From assembly GCF_021869535.1 (NCBI RefSeq), contig NW_026262712.1, positions 76,198,001 to 76,262,000 on the forward strand: a stretch of 64,000 nucleotides of DNA, written 5' to 3'. Positions 48,101-60,455 of this stretch are shown piece by piece. The position numbers and the translations under genes are program-made. The notes under the pieces were generated by a model. That model ran no database searches and was not told where the DNA came from. It was given only the letters and a program-made list of their open reading frames with translations. Position 1 is the first letter of the stretch. Each line of letters starts with the position of its first letter. The DNA is from Mytilus californianus (lineage: Eukaryota).

Positions 48101-49180
48101 CTCTTGGTTTGAATTATTTTAAATAGACTAAATCTTCTATATTTGTACAGATGGGTGTGTAAATTTTATACCTTAACACCTTTTCCCATTGGACCGGTTG
48201 TAACAACCTCCTCTAAAGGCTTAAATTTATAACATTTGCTTGGTGTAACATCGCTCCATGTATCGCAAATCCAATGCTCTCCTTCATGCTTGAATTCAAC
48301 AGTATTCTTTGCATTTCTAAACTTCTCGATCAGTTCATCAGTAAGACCTAAAATGTTATTTAACACTGATCCGCAAACTCATAAAATGTACATGTATCTA
48401 ACTTGCATGTCAAATTCTTGTTATTACATAGCAAATAAACTACAAATAGTTTGTTTGTATTGTTTGTTTGTATTGTTTTTTGTTTTGTTTTTTTTTTTTG
48501 GGGGGGGGGGGGGGGGGTACTTAATAGGTACAAATTAGTGTTGCGGCAATTGTAAAATTCCCTGTTTAAAGAAACCAAGAAATGTTATTTTAAAAAAGGA
48601 AAAGCATAGATTGAGAAAATCAGTAGACCTTATTTTAGAGTAGGCATTGCGTTTCATTTTTTTTTCTTTTAGTAACAGTTGTCTTTCTGAAAGATTTGAT
48701 TTAAATGAATAAAGACAGATGTTCAGATAAAGACTTGGAATGATTGATACACTTATGTATTGTTGATAACTGTAAATGGGTCCTTTGATTATCTTTTGTT
48801 TTCGTATCGTTGACTTGATGTGTCATTCTCGAAAAATCCCAGAGAACATTAAACTTATATTTCTAAAAAGCCACATTTTTCACCATTTTGATATAAATAT
48901 GACAGGAAAAACACGCATACTTTTTAAAGTGTTTGAACCAAATATTGAATTGTATTTGTCGCTTTCATATAAAGAATATTTGAATTTAACTATATCATTT
49001 CCGAGCATCAAATATATTACTTCAATGATATGTTAGATTTATTTTTTGTGACATAAGATGGAATTAAAATATTTAATTTGCTACTAGTTATAACATCCAC
49101 TAACCTGATTCCTTAGCGAACTTATCATAATTTGTGTATGTGCTACCGTCACCTTTCCATTTCCCAATGAATTGAGCCAT
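45047..49180 (-). CDS. FABP: FABP/iLBP-like gene, copy C, 139 aa: join(49180..49105,48347..48172,46709..46596,45100..45047)
   Basis: MAQFIGKWKGDGSTYTNYDKFAKESGLTDELIEKFRNAKNTVEFKHEGEHWICDTWSDVTPSKCYKFKPLEEVVTTGPMGKGVKFTVTIDSDSKMTMKEQSELMGWKSITVVREIKGDKMMATMILDSGTEMTAEMTRC*. All introns GT-AG. Confidence 0.92.
46596..46709 (-). CDS. FABP: FABP copy C exon 3
   Basis: ctatcag|TTTACAGTA...ATGGCT|gtaagt; overlaps listed ORF 46536..46739. Confidence 0.93.
47293..48110 (-). mobile_element. Two adjacent family B PLE 3' fragments (~47293-47575 and ~47760-48110) in intron 2 of FABP C
   Basis: Share gcgaaagata..aagggacat..aactcataagtcgaa and aagggtaagcagatcctgc motifs with other copies. Confidence 0.75.
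48172..48347 (-). CDS. FABP: FABP copy C exon 2
   Basis: ttttag|GTCTTACT...GTTAAG|gtataa; overlaps listed ORF 48166..48366. Confidence 0.93.
49105..49180 (-). CDS. FABP: FABP copy C exon 1
   Basis: ATGGCTCAATTCATTGGGAAATGG...GAATCAG|gttagt. Confidence 0.93.
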
Positions 49181-50564
49181 CTTAAATTTGAAAAAATAAA
49201 CGTGCTCTTAAATCAAACTCCAAAAATCGAATATATCTCTGTAAAAATAGTTCAAGTTTTTCTATAAAATAACGCCCACAGTTTAAACAAATAATGTAAC
49301 CAAACAGTGAATCATCGTCCCAATTATTGACAAAGTTTAAAGTTTAAATTTTTCATAATTTCCTTTTTTTCCCTTTTTTTTTATATTAAAACGGAAGGAG
49401 TCGACAAAAATGAATCATCGTCGCATTTATTGACACGACAACAAATCCAGTATTTATGAGTTTTTAATTAGCCAAGTTTTAATATTTCTTCTCCTATGTA
49501 CAGTTTTTCAACTTTCATCCAGAGATAAATATCTGACTAATAAAACAAATTTGTCTTATAATCAAAAGCTTGAAGAAGACAACCGAAGATGTTGTGTAGA
49601 GCCATTTGTTATTCGGCAGGGGAAAACACTGCAATAACCATGTTTGTTTAAAAAATCGTAAGCTTACATAGCTGTGTCTTTTAAATATGTAAAGATTTTT
49701 TAAACAGTTCTTAAAATAGTACATTCTCAGACTTTGATTGTGCTTCACATACCAATTTACATATTTTTAGTTATATCAACATTGTTGTGTTTTTGTTTTA
49801 TGAACTTTTCTGTTATGATAATTTCTGACTAAACAGATAACGACATATGTCGACAAGACTGTTTATTGACAAGACATTGTATCGATTATTTTTCGGACTA
49901 TTATTATCAAGGCCCCCCAACACGTTTTTTCTCTCAAGGTTACTCAAGATACACACGTATCTATCATTTAACGTATAAAAGGTTCTGTCATTTTGCTCTA
50001 TTTTACTATGAAAACTGAATTAGTATCCATGGTTTTAATGGGGATTAATGAGTTTGGTTTTCCTTTTAAGCTAATTACATTGATCAAATATTAGTAAGTT
50101 ACTCTCACGACTCAGTTATATATATCAAGCCTTGCTATTAATTATTTATGTAATAATAGATTGAATGCACTTGATAATAAACTAACGTGTCTAACATTAC
50201 AGCTATTTATCAACGTTAAGATAAAATCAGTACGTAGCATTATTTTCAAATATTTCACTAAACATGTGTTCCGGTCTATATTTTAACTTCATTGCAAAAA
50301 GTAAAACCCTGACGGGTTAAAAATGCAAACATAACAGACATGTACACAAGACAAATCAAGTTAATATTAATGATATATATATAAGTTTAAAGATAATTGA
50401 CCAATACGAAGGATTGGTACAGTTGCCAATGGACAATTATCTATTAAGATCAAACGAGGTCAAAAATTGTGAACAATATGTCTATTTAATGATATCAAAT
50501 ACAACAGATGTTTTCTTGTTTGCGATATGCTTCGATATACAATGTAAACATGATTCAAATGATA

Positions 50565-50940
50565 AAGGATAATCAAAAATCGTACGTCGATGAAAAACTG
50601 ACAAAACTGTTGTTACAAAGAAAAATGAGGATAATTTTATCAGCAGTCTACAAAACATTTCAATGAAAACTAAAGCCTGAGCAACAATAGACCCACCAAA
50701 TTTTTAAAAGGATGACTTCAGCTTTACCAAAAGGAACCAATTGGTTCAATGGCTTCCTTGTAAGAAGGAACCCTCTATCATGGAAATCATGTTATAAAAA
50801 AACAAGCTCTAGAATATCTTATCAACTGGGAGATATTTACTTCATGTACATTCGCTGTAGTAATGTTGATACAAAGAAATTGAAGGTTCACAATAAGAAA
50901 GATTAAATCATATCTTTTGTCGTAAAGTTTAGTTCCCAAC
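50565..50940 (-). mobile_element. Old, degenerate family B PLE fragment upstream of FABP C
   Basis: Same flanks as 41225-41810. Confidence 0.55.
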
Positions 50941-51613
50941 CTCAGAAAATTTTGGCTTCTTGTTCGCCTTTTTGGTTTGTTAAGCTTTACGCTGTTTCAT
51001 ACATGGCTTTCTAAACTTTTAGTTTTTAGCGTACCTCGTGAATGTTACTTCTAAAACACGTGTTATGTTCGCACGGTAATTACATTGCACGTTTTTAAAC
51101 AAGCTCTTAATGTAAAGTTTCTTTTTATTTTACATAGCTAACCATTCAATTAAAAACATAACTTTTAGAATAAAATATTTCTTTGAAGGTTAACGTTAAT
51201 TTTTAAGTGGATGCTTTCCCCGAAATTATTTAATTAAGATTATCCCGTTTTCTCTTTGCAATTGAAGTAGGAGATTAACATCGAAAACAATATAATAGCT
51301 ATGAATTTTTGAAGCAAACAAGTATTTCGTGAATATTAATCTTTATTGGGCGTGCTCTGTATCCATTATCCTCGATTCATGAATTCTCATTTTAAACAAT
51401 TGTTGATCAAATCAATCAATAATATCATGAACAAAACCGGTGCGATAAAACGGATCTAAAATTTTTTCCGACTTTTACAATCTAATCTAAAATCCATAGT
51501 CTTGTTTCATTCATGCAATTAAGACGTTTTGAATTTTAGTCCGCTTTACATTTCAAATTGTTAGAAATGTTTGACTGCATGTTGTATCATGTGCATTGAA
51601 GCATTTTCCATAT

Positions 51614-51803
51614 GAGGGGCTTGATGGGGTGGGGGGTCTCATCACGATTCACGAGTTGATTTTTTTGTCAATCACGATTCACAGAAAATAAATTTCCATG
51701 ATCACGGATCACGAAAATATAAAAAAAAAATCTGCAGAAAAACGGATCACGATAGCGAAAATGCGCCGATCACGAAGAACAAAAATAACCCTTTAGGCCC
51801 CTC
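51614..51803. mobile_element. MITE with GAGGGG...CCCCTC ends and 6-bp TSD
   Basis: TSD CCATAT at 51608-51613 and 51804-51809; internal atcacg repeats. Confidence 0.85.
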
Positions 51804-52750
51804 CCATATGGCAATCTCTGGGGACATCTGCATATTCATTCTACATTGTATTCGTCGAGCCAATCAATCTACACTAAAATCGTAATGTTAATATTAAGAG
51901 GTTTTAATCTGAATGAATAAAGATATTTATTTAATAACATAAGGATACGTCTAGACTATCTTGATTTCGAGAGTTTCCCACTTGAAGGTCTTTTTAAAAT
52001 ACTAGAAATACTAGTCTTGACAAAATCGTTTATCGGATGAATTTTTACTGATCAGTATTTATGGCAATGAGATTAGGAAATAATCACTTATTTTATATTT
52101 GATTTGTAAGATATCATTTACTCTTCTAGTTAAGTCGTTTGTTTATGTTATAAATTTGTTTACTTTCGTTGTTATTTTGAGGTCAATAGTGCAAGAGAAT
52201 AACCTTATAAGGGAAAAATTAAAATTTTCCATTCAAAAACTTAATTTTGGAAATTTTTATTGAATTGACCTGATGAACTGAGTACAGCTTAATATATTTT
52301 TAGACCTGGCTATGTGTAAACGATAGCAAAATATGTTGTCTCGTGTAAGGCAAATGCTAATATAAAATGAAAATTTTAGTTTTTTGCGAGTACATATTTT
52401 GTTTAAAACGCATCTATATTCATCTTTAATTGGTTTCAATGCACGGAGAATCCAATAAAATATAATTCAGCAGCTTCTGCAGTCAATGAACCATATTTGA
52501 AAATTACAACTAGTACAGGGAAGATTGAACAAAACAAGATAAATGAGATTTACTATAAAAATTCTTGCCATAGTTTTTTTTAAGTTTTTATTTTCTTGTA
52601 GGTTATGGGGGCTGAAGCATAATTGCTTCAATGCATATGAAATTCAAAAATTATCTTTATGTGTAAAAGACGAAATGATTCCCTAATCTATCATATTTTG
52701 TTTCTCTTCAACATTTCTATTAGATTTTGGTTTCATAATATTTTGGCCTT

Positions 52751-52798
52751 GAGCATCACTGATGATACATTGATAGATAATTAATGCGCATCTGGTGC
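52751..52798 (+). mobile_element. Degenerate hammerhead-bearing repeat, related subfamily
   Basis: gagcatca-CTGATGA...atgcgcatc-tggtgc; GAAA core lost. Confidence 0.45.
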
Positions 52799-53794
52799 AG
52801 TAAAATTGGTACCTTTAATCTGAATATCAAAATAATGTTCAAAAATCAATGTATGCAAAATGGAAGTAGGCATGTCTTTTACGGACGAAAAGCAGTTTGG
52901 AGAATGATACTAAATCCTTCTTATCTTCCAAAGATTTCCCAGTAAACCTGTTGTAGATAACACCAGAAATAAAATTTACAGTTTTTCTCCATTCCAATGA
53001 TCTTCCAAAATATGTTTATATATTTCAAAAGAAAGAAAGGAGGAAACTGATGTAGACTTCCTGAATTATCCATTGTTAAACTTGTTCCCTATCTGTTCTG
53101 TGAAAGGCAAATCAAAATGACATTTCGATTGCACATGTATACTTTAATAACACAGTCTAGTTACAAAGCATTACTTTATCTATATTTAAGTATATAAAAA
53201 CTCATTTTAGGATTAGTTTCATAAGTGTAATAACTGTTTAATATCATAGACTTATAATAATATCTTATCGAAATATTGTGAAAAAAAGCGACATTTACAG
53301 AAACAAATTTGAAGGATGAAAAAATGATAATTAGAACAAATCAAAAGGTCTTTCTACGGAAGGTGGAAAGATATTATTATCACTATCTCCTCATATAGAT
53401 TATTAAATACATTTGTAAGCGTAACCAATGCATAATGCAAACTTTCAAGCAGCTGGAAAAATGTAAATAAATCAAATGTTCCTATCTCCTGGTTTCTCTG
53501 TCTTATTACACCTACCTTACATCTTTTCTACCCACTTAATTACTTTACCAGAGTTTAAACAACATTATTATCGGTCCAAGAATAAAAATCAAGATGCGTT
53601 GATACTCATTTGTAGAAATTAGATACATAGAATCATGATGCAATGGTAGGTAAATAATTTTTTTTTCAAGCATGGTGCAGGAAGTTTAATAATCCAATCA
53701 ACCGATTGAATTAGTTACAGAACAAAGAAATATAATAAATGAGCAACAAACCCTCCCCCCCAACCCCCCAAAAAGTTTATTTGATATTTTCAGA

Positions 53795-55780
53795 AGCATG
53801 CGACAAAAAAAAAATCAAAAATTATATTTATCGATTACTTCCTTTAAAAGATTCTACCAAACAACGCTTGATAGATATATGATACCAAACAAAGCTTGAT
53901 AGATATTTGATACCAAAATACACTTGATAGATATTTGATACCAAACAACGCTTGGTAGATATTTGATACCAAACAACACTTGATAGATATTTGATACCAA
54001 ACAAAGCTTGGTAGATATTTGATACCAAACAAAGTTTGGTAGATAGTTGATACCAAAATACACTTGATAGATATTTGATACCAAACAACGCTTGGTAGAT
54101 ATTTGATACCAAACAACACTTGATAGATATTTGATACCAAAAAACACTTGATAGATATTTGATACCAAACAAAGCTTGGTAGATATTTGATACCAAACAA
54201 CACTTGATAGATATTTGATACCAAACAATACTTTGTAGATAGTTGATACCAAACAACACTTGATAGGTATTTGATACCAAATAACGTTTGGTAGATATTT
54301 GAAACCAAACAACACTTGATAGATATTTGATATCAAACAACACTTGGTAGATATTTGTTACCAAACAACACTTGATAGATATTTGATACCAAACAACACT
54401 TGATATATATTTGATACCAATCAACGCTTGATAAATATTTGATACCAAACAACGCTTGATAAATATTTGATCAGATATTTAGAACATGAATTGCCTTAAA
54501 ATCTTGATTTTGTAAACATGCCAAAGAAATTTAGTAGCATGCGACAAAAAAAAAATCAAAAATTATATTTATCGATTACTTCCTTTAAAAGACTCTACCA
54601 AACAACGCTTGATAGATATATGATACCAAACAAAGCTTGATAGATATTTGATACCAAAAAACACTTGATAGATATTTGATACCAAACAACGCTTGGTAGA
54701 TATTTGATACCAAACAACACTTGATAGATATTTGATACCAAACAAAGCTTGGTAGATATTTGAAACCAAACAAAGTTTGGTAGATAGTTGATACCAAAAT
54801 ACACTTGATAGATATTTGATACCAAACAACGCTTGGTAGATAGTTGATACCAAACAACACTTGATAGATATTTGATACCAAATAACACTTGATAGATATT
54901 TGATACCAAACAAAGCTTGGTAGATATTTGATACCAAACAACACTTGATAGATATTTGATACCAAACAACACTTGGTAGATAGTTGATACCAAACAACAC
55001 TTGATAGTTATTTGATACCAAATAACGTTTGGTAGATATTTGAAACCAAACAACACTTGATAGATATTTGATACCAAACAACACTTGGTAGATATTTGTT
55101 ACCAAACAACACTTGATATATATTTGATACCAAACAACACTTGATAGATATTTGATATCAAACAACGTTTGGTAGATATTTGATACAAATCAACGCTTGA
55201 TAGATATTTGATACCAAACAACGCTTGATAGATAGTTGTTTGGTAGATAGTTGATACCAAACAACACTTGATAGGTATTTGATACCAAATAACGTTTGGT
55301 AGATATTTGAAACCAAACAACACTTGATAGATATTTGATACCAAACAACACTTGGTAGATATTTGATACCAAACAACACTTGCTATATATTTGATACCAA
55401 ACAACACTTGATAGATATTTGATATCAAACAACGCTTGGTAGATAGTTGTTTGGTAGATAGTTGATACCAAACAACACTTGATAGGTATTTGATACCAAA
55501 TAACGTTTGGTAGATATTTGAAACCAAACAACACTTGATAGATATTTGATACCAAACAACACTTGGTAGATATTTGATACCAAACAACACTTGCTATATA
55601 TTTGATACCAAACAACACTTGATAGATATTTGATATCAAACAACGCTTGGTAGATATTTGATACCAATCAACGCTTGATAGATATTTGATACCAAACAAC
55701 GCTTGATAAATATTTGATCAGATATTTAGAACATGAATTGCCTTAAAATCTTGATTTTGTAAACATGCCAAAGAAATTTA
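53795..55780. repeat. 28-bp satellite array inside a tandemly duplicated flanked unit (53795-54535 and 54536-55780)
   Basis: Monomer gatagatatttgataccaaacaacactt; both units share a ~60-bp left flank and a ~65-bp right flank. Confidence 0.95.
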
Positions 55781-56147
55781 TCACAAAAATATAGAAGTTA
55801 AAGTCATATGAAACGAGTTCCTTGTAATTTTAATGTTATTGGAATTATTGAACCAATGCATGCATATATACTTAACTAAATCATTTATGCACGTTTTTTT
55901 ATATTTATTGTGAATCTATAACGTATTATCGACAAATAAAACGATCTTGAACAATAGATAACCTACAAGTGTTTTTGCCAGGCTATAAATGAACCCAACT
56001 CTAGAAGATTAATATAATCTTATTGACTCATTGAAAGACCTGACATTATCAACAATAAAAAAATATTAAAGTCGATGACAATAACTTTAGTCTTAAATTG
56101 TTTTCGCAGCAAAGTCAATTACAGATGCGATCAGATCCGCAAGGTAT

Positions 56148-56391
56148 GAGGGTTTGAATGGGGAAGGGGGGGGGGGGGGGTCCTTCATTTCTGTATTCTT
56201 TAATTTTTTATGCAATTTTTCTCTACTCTTTATAAATTTTGCCTGTTATTTTCTATTCTTTATATTTTAACACCCCATTATTCTGTAGTCTTTATTTTTG
56301 TGCCTATTTTTCTCTATTCTTTATTTTTTTAGCCTTTATTCTGCACATTTTGCCCATCATTCTCTATTCTGTAGACCCCATCCAGCTCCTC
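56148..56391. mobile_element. Older MITE of the GAGGG-terminal type
   Basis: gagggtttgaatgggg ... ccccatccagctcctc; degenerate 6-bp flanks aggtat/tgttat; internal ctctattct repeats. Confidence 0.55.
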
Positions 56392-59210
56392 TGTTATAAA
56401 CAATGTATCTTACAATTACGTATTCTTGCTGATCTACAGATCGATATTTGTAAACAACATTTTTATTTGGAATTTTATAAATTTTCCTTCCCTCCCCTTT
56501 CAAGACCTTAAACTTTTTCTTATGATGTTTGTTAGATGTTTATGTATATTTTTGGTCCATTACTAATGTAGTATACAAACTGGACTTAAATGTGGGGACT
56601 TGGTCAAATTTAAATCATATGAGTGATGTTGACTAGTTATCCTCCATACGTCTTGGTTCATTTATATTATATTAATTTAGTACGTCTTAATGAAAATTGA
56701 ACGAACATATTAGTCATTTTATAATATCATTGCTTGTGATTATTACGCTTTTGTTTGTTTGTTTTTATGGTAATGCATGTATATATAATATATATGCACT
56801 TTTAGATTGATAAATTAAAAACATAAGATGTCGTATGATTGACAATGAGACAACTATCCACCAGAGTTCAAATGATGTAAATGTAAACAATCATAGGTCA
56901 CCGCAAGGTCTTCAACAATGAGAAAACTCCATACCGTAAAGAAGCTATAAAAGACCCCGACATGAAAAATGTGTAACAATTGAAACGAAAAAACTAACGG
57001 CCCTACTTACAACAATTAAATTTACGGAAAAATTATATATGACAGACATGAACAAACGACAATCACTGAATAACAGGCTCCTGGGTGCTTTCGGTGATAA
57101 AGCTTTACTCAGTACTCGGAAGTACAAGATTGTGCTCGACACACCAAATCCAGTATTTTGATTGGTTGGTTTTTTATTCTGAGGACGATAATCGTGCTCA
57201 ACATTTTTATGACCGCAAGGCCTGACTTGGGACAGGCACATTAAGAATGTGACGTGGTTAAATATGTTTGTGAGCGCTAACCTATAGCTAGGACACCGGT
57301 ACTTTCTTTTCCACTCCCGCCCAACCGCAAGGCGATTTCATTATATATACATTTTTTTAAATTAGACCGTTTTGTTTTGTGTGTAACTCGTCCAAAAGTT
57401 CTGACATCTATTTAACCCCCTGTAGTTAAAAGCTGAGTCGCAATTGACTTTGAAAACACAAAAAAAATATACTAGGTATAAATACTATTCTCAAATACTG
57501 TTTATTTTTAGTAATTATTTTTCTATAGATGTTTTATTAATTAACTAGTAATTAGATTATTGCCAGTTTACATAATTAGTACATGCAGTAAAGGAGCTAT
57601 CAATTATGGTATAGAATTCCTGTGAGTATTATCTAGTCCTAGGTAATAATGTTGAGGGTTGTAATCCATAAGACAACGACCCACAATACGTAGTAAAATT
57701 GGTTAAATTTTGTGTTTCCATTTTGTAGATGAGTTGACATCCCTTATAAATAGCTTTAATTCACAAGAGTGGTTAAAGGGATTTGTTTTAATCATCCCCG
57801 GCTCCTTTTTCTCTGCTTCCCTTCTATCCGCCTTCAAGATTCATTTCCTGTCTGCAAACCCTTGTCCCTATAAGTGTTCCAAATGAAAAAGAAATATTAT
57901 GGAATGTATAAATGTTTATTCCTCATGAAATAAATGCTATTGGATATTCTTTCCATAAGGAATAATGATATGCGTAATTAAACTGTCTATGATTATGTTT
58001 CCAAAGAGACATCTTTTATATGGAACAACTATACGTTGACACTTCATTGATACACAGTTGAATTTAAATCTTTTTATCACTTTTGTATTTTGATACGAAA
58101 CCCACATTTAAAGTCTAATTTGTCAACCTCAGCGTCGAGTATATATCATCTCGTAACAGCTCTATATTATTAGCCGGACTTGCACTTCGAGAACCGTCAC
58201 AAAAAGTATAGGCCATTAGAAAAAAAAGTATTTCGTTTCACCAAAAAAAGATATGACCAACGTTTAAAATAATGCCTACTTTTGGCATTGGCAAATGAAC
58301 AATCAACACTGAAATAGAACCGTGGAGATGCTTGATTTGTTTGTTTGTTTGCTTCACCAATTGTTTGGTGTTTATTGTGGGCATTTCCTTCAATTTTAGT
58401 TAGTATTCCAGTCAGTATTCCTTGGGGGAGGGGATGGGGGTTAGAAGGTGGTGTCACCTGGGAAAATAAACGCTGAATCCCGAATATCCCCCAAAAAAGC
58501 ATTCTTTCCCAGATCCCCAAAAATCAATCATTAACTCCCGAGTCCCATAAGTGTAGATTCCATATTAAATCAACGGTTTTTGACGATAACACTTTTTTTG
58601 TGGCATTATGTTTCTCAATCTTTCGTTTCCTGTAGAGTTGTGTGGACTGTTGCATGTTTTTTTTTCTTTCTATCTCTCTCTCTTTCTTTTTTTTTTTTTG
58701 GGGGGGGGGGGGTGTTGTCGGTAATTATTTGTATCTACTTATCTCTACTGAAACGTTAAGCAATCATAAAGTATTGCTGTGATGTTGTTTTCTTCCATTT
58801 TTCCAATTACTTTAACATTTTTCTCTTTTTCAAACAAAATTTTTAAAAAATACAATTCACACGGGAACATGTGTGCCTTCATTAAAAATCAAAATGTCAT
58901 ATCATAATTCAACGTTTATATATGTTTATGTTTGACTAAATATTGACTTATCTTCCAAACTATTGACTTGTTTTGTATCGTGTCTATAATCTGTGTATCC
59001 AACGTGTAAACGTCTTGATCAACGATTTATACTGAACAACGACAATAAACAATGTGTTGAGGAAACTTTTGCTTTAACTATAATATGTCGACCCATATAA
59101 ACATAGCTTTCATTACCCAAATATAACGTGGACAACCTGACATTTTGTTTTTAAAATTTAATAACACTCATTCTAAAAACCTCTTATTTGATTTCCTTAA
59201 AATTTGATTC

Positions 59211-59263
59211 GAGCGCTACTGACGAGTCTTATGTAGATGAAAATGAAAAGCGCATTTGGCGTA
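59211..59263 (+). mobile_element. Degenerate hammerhead-bearing repeat copy
   Basis: gagcgcta-CTGACGA-gtcttatgtagat-GAAA...tggcgtac; helix III and cleavage site disrupted. Confidence 0.6.
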
Positions 59264-59420
59264 CCAAATTATCAGCCTTTATTATTTACACAAAGTATGG
59301 TTAACAGTTTCTGATCTATTCATGAGACTTCCTAGTATTGTAAAAATTACATGGATAACATACTTATTTTGTAAGAAGATGTACGTTCCTCAAGTCAGCG
59401 TTATTAATCACGTTATTGTT

Positions 59421-60080
59421 AAAAGAGAGGCGAAAGATTCCAAAGGGATATTCAAACTCATAAGTCAATTATTAACTGACAACGCCATGGCAAAAAAAAG
59501 ACAAATACCAAAAGACAAACAACTGTATTCAAAACACAACATCAAAAACTAAAGACTGAGCAACACGAACCCCCCTAAAGACCGGGTGTGTTCTGAGGTG
59601 CTCCGAAAGGGTAAGCAGATCCTGCTCCACATGTGGAACCCGTCGTGTTGCTCATGTAAGTACAAATCCGGTGATAATTCTAATGCGGTAGGTCACATTT
59701 GGGGAAAAGGAGGACAAGATTGTGGAACATATCCGTCGTCATCTGTGATACTGATATTCCATAACGGTCAACGAACTCGTGATGTCGTCGGTAAAATTTC
59801 GAGGGATGATTTCAACTTCACCACTTGGAACTCTTGGTTTAATAGCTTCCTTGTGAGCAGCAACCCTCTATCAAGGAAATCATTATAGGAAACGGAAGGC
59901 CTGGAATATTGTATCAACTGGGAGATATCTACTTCATATGCAGGCGCTGCTGGAATATGTTGCTACATAGAAATGGAAAGTTCACAATTGGAAGCTGAAA
60001 TCATTTCTTTTGTTGTAAAGTTTTGTTTTCAACCGACCCTCATTGTCAATATTAAGATGTAAGTCAAGATATGAGGCAGA
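59421..60080 (-). mobile_element. Penelope-like element 3' fragment (family B, longest copy)
   Basis: Frameshifted SASYLDLHL...TKLYNKRNDFSF...VNFPFLCSN..PAAPAY...DRGLLLTRKLLNQEF: PLE RT C-terminal region, followed by the family 3' UTR. Confidence 0.8.
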
Positions 60081-60095
60081 ATTAACTATATCTGT

Positions 60096-60455
60096 CTAAA
60101 TCGTCTAACATCTTTATATAACACAAAAAGGCCTATACAGACCAGACTAAATCGTCTAACTTATTTATATAACACAAAAAGGCCTATACAGACCAGACTA
60201 AATCGTCTAACATCTTTATATAACCCTAACGGGCTTATACAGACCAGACTAAATCTTCTAACATCACTATATAATCCAAAAGGGTCTATACGGACCAGAC
60301 TAAATCTTCTAACATCACCATATAATCCGAAATGGCCTATACAGACCAGACTATATCTTCTAACATCACTACATAACCAAGGAGGGCATACATACAGACC
60401 AGTCTGAGAGTATAAAACCAAATAGCATATACAGACCAGCCCTAACCGTCCAACA
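60096..60455. repeat. 51-bp minisatellite (~7 units)
   Basis: gcctatacagaccagactaaatcgtctaacatctttatataacacaaaaag. Confidence 0.9.

Noticed and set aside
52380-53110. Protein-looking stretches (e.g. YFGRSLEWRKTVNFISGVIYNRF on the minus strand)
   Set aside because: Interrupted by stops, with no splice model and no recognisable family; at most a decayed TE.
53828-55699. Many long overlapping ORFs and a CRISPR-like 28-bp periodicity
   Set aside because: Monomers abut with no unique spacers and there are no cas genes in this eukaryotic context. The ORFs arise because the satellite's minus strand is nearly stop-free in all frames.
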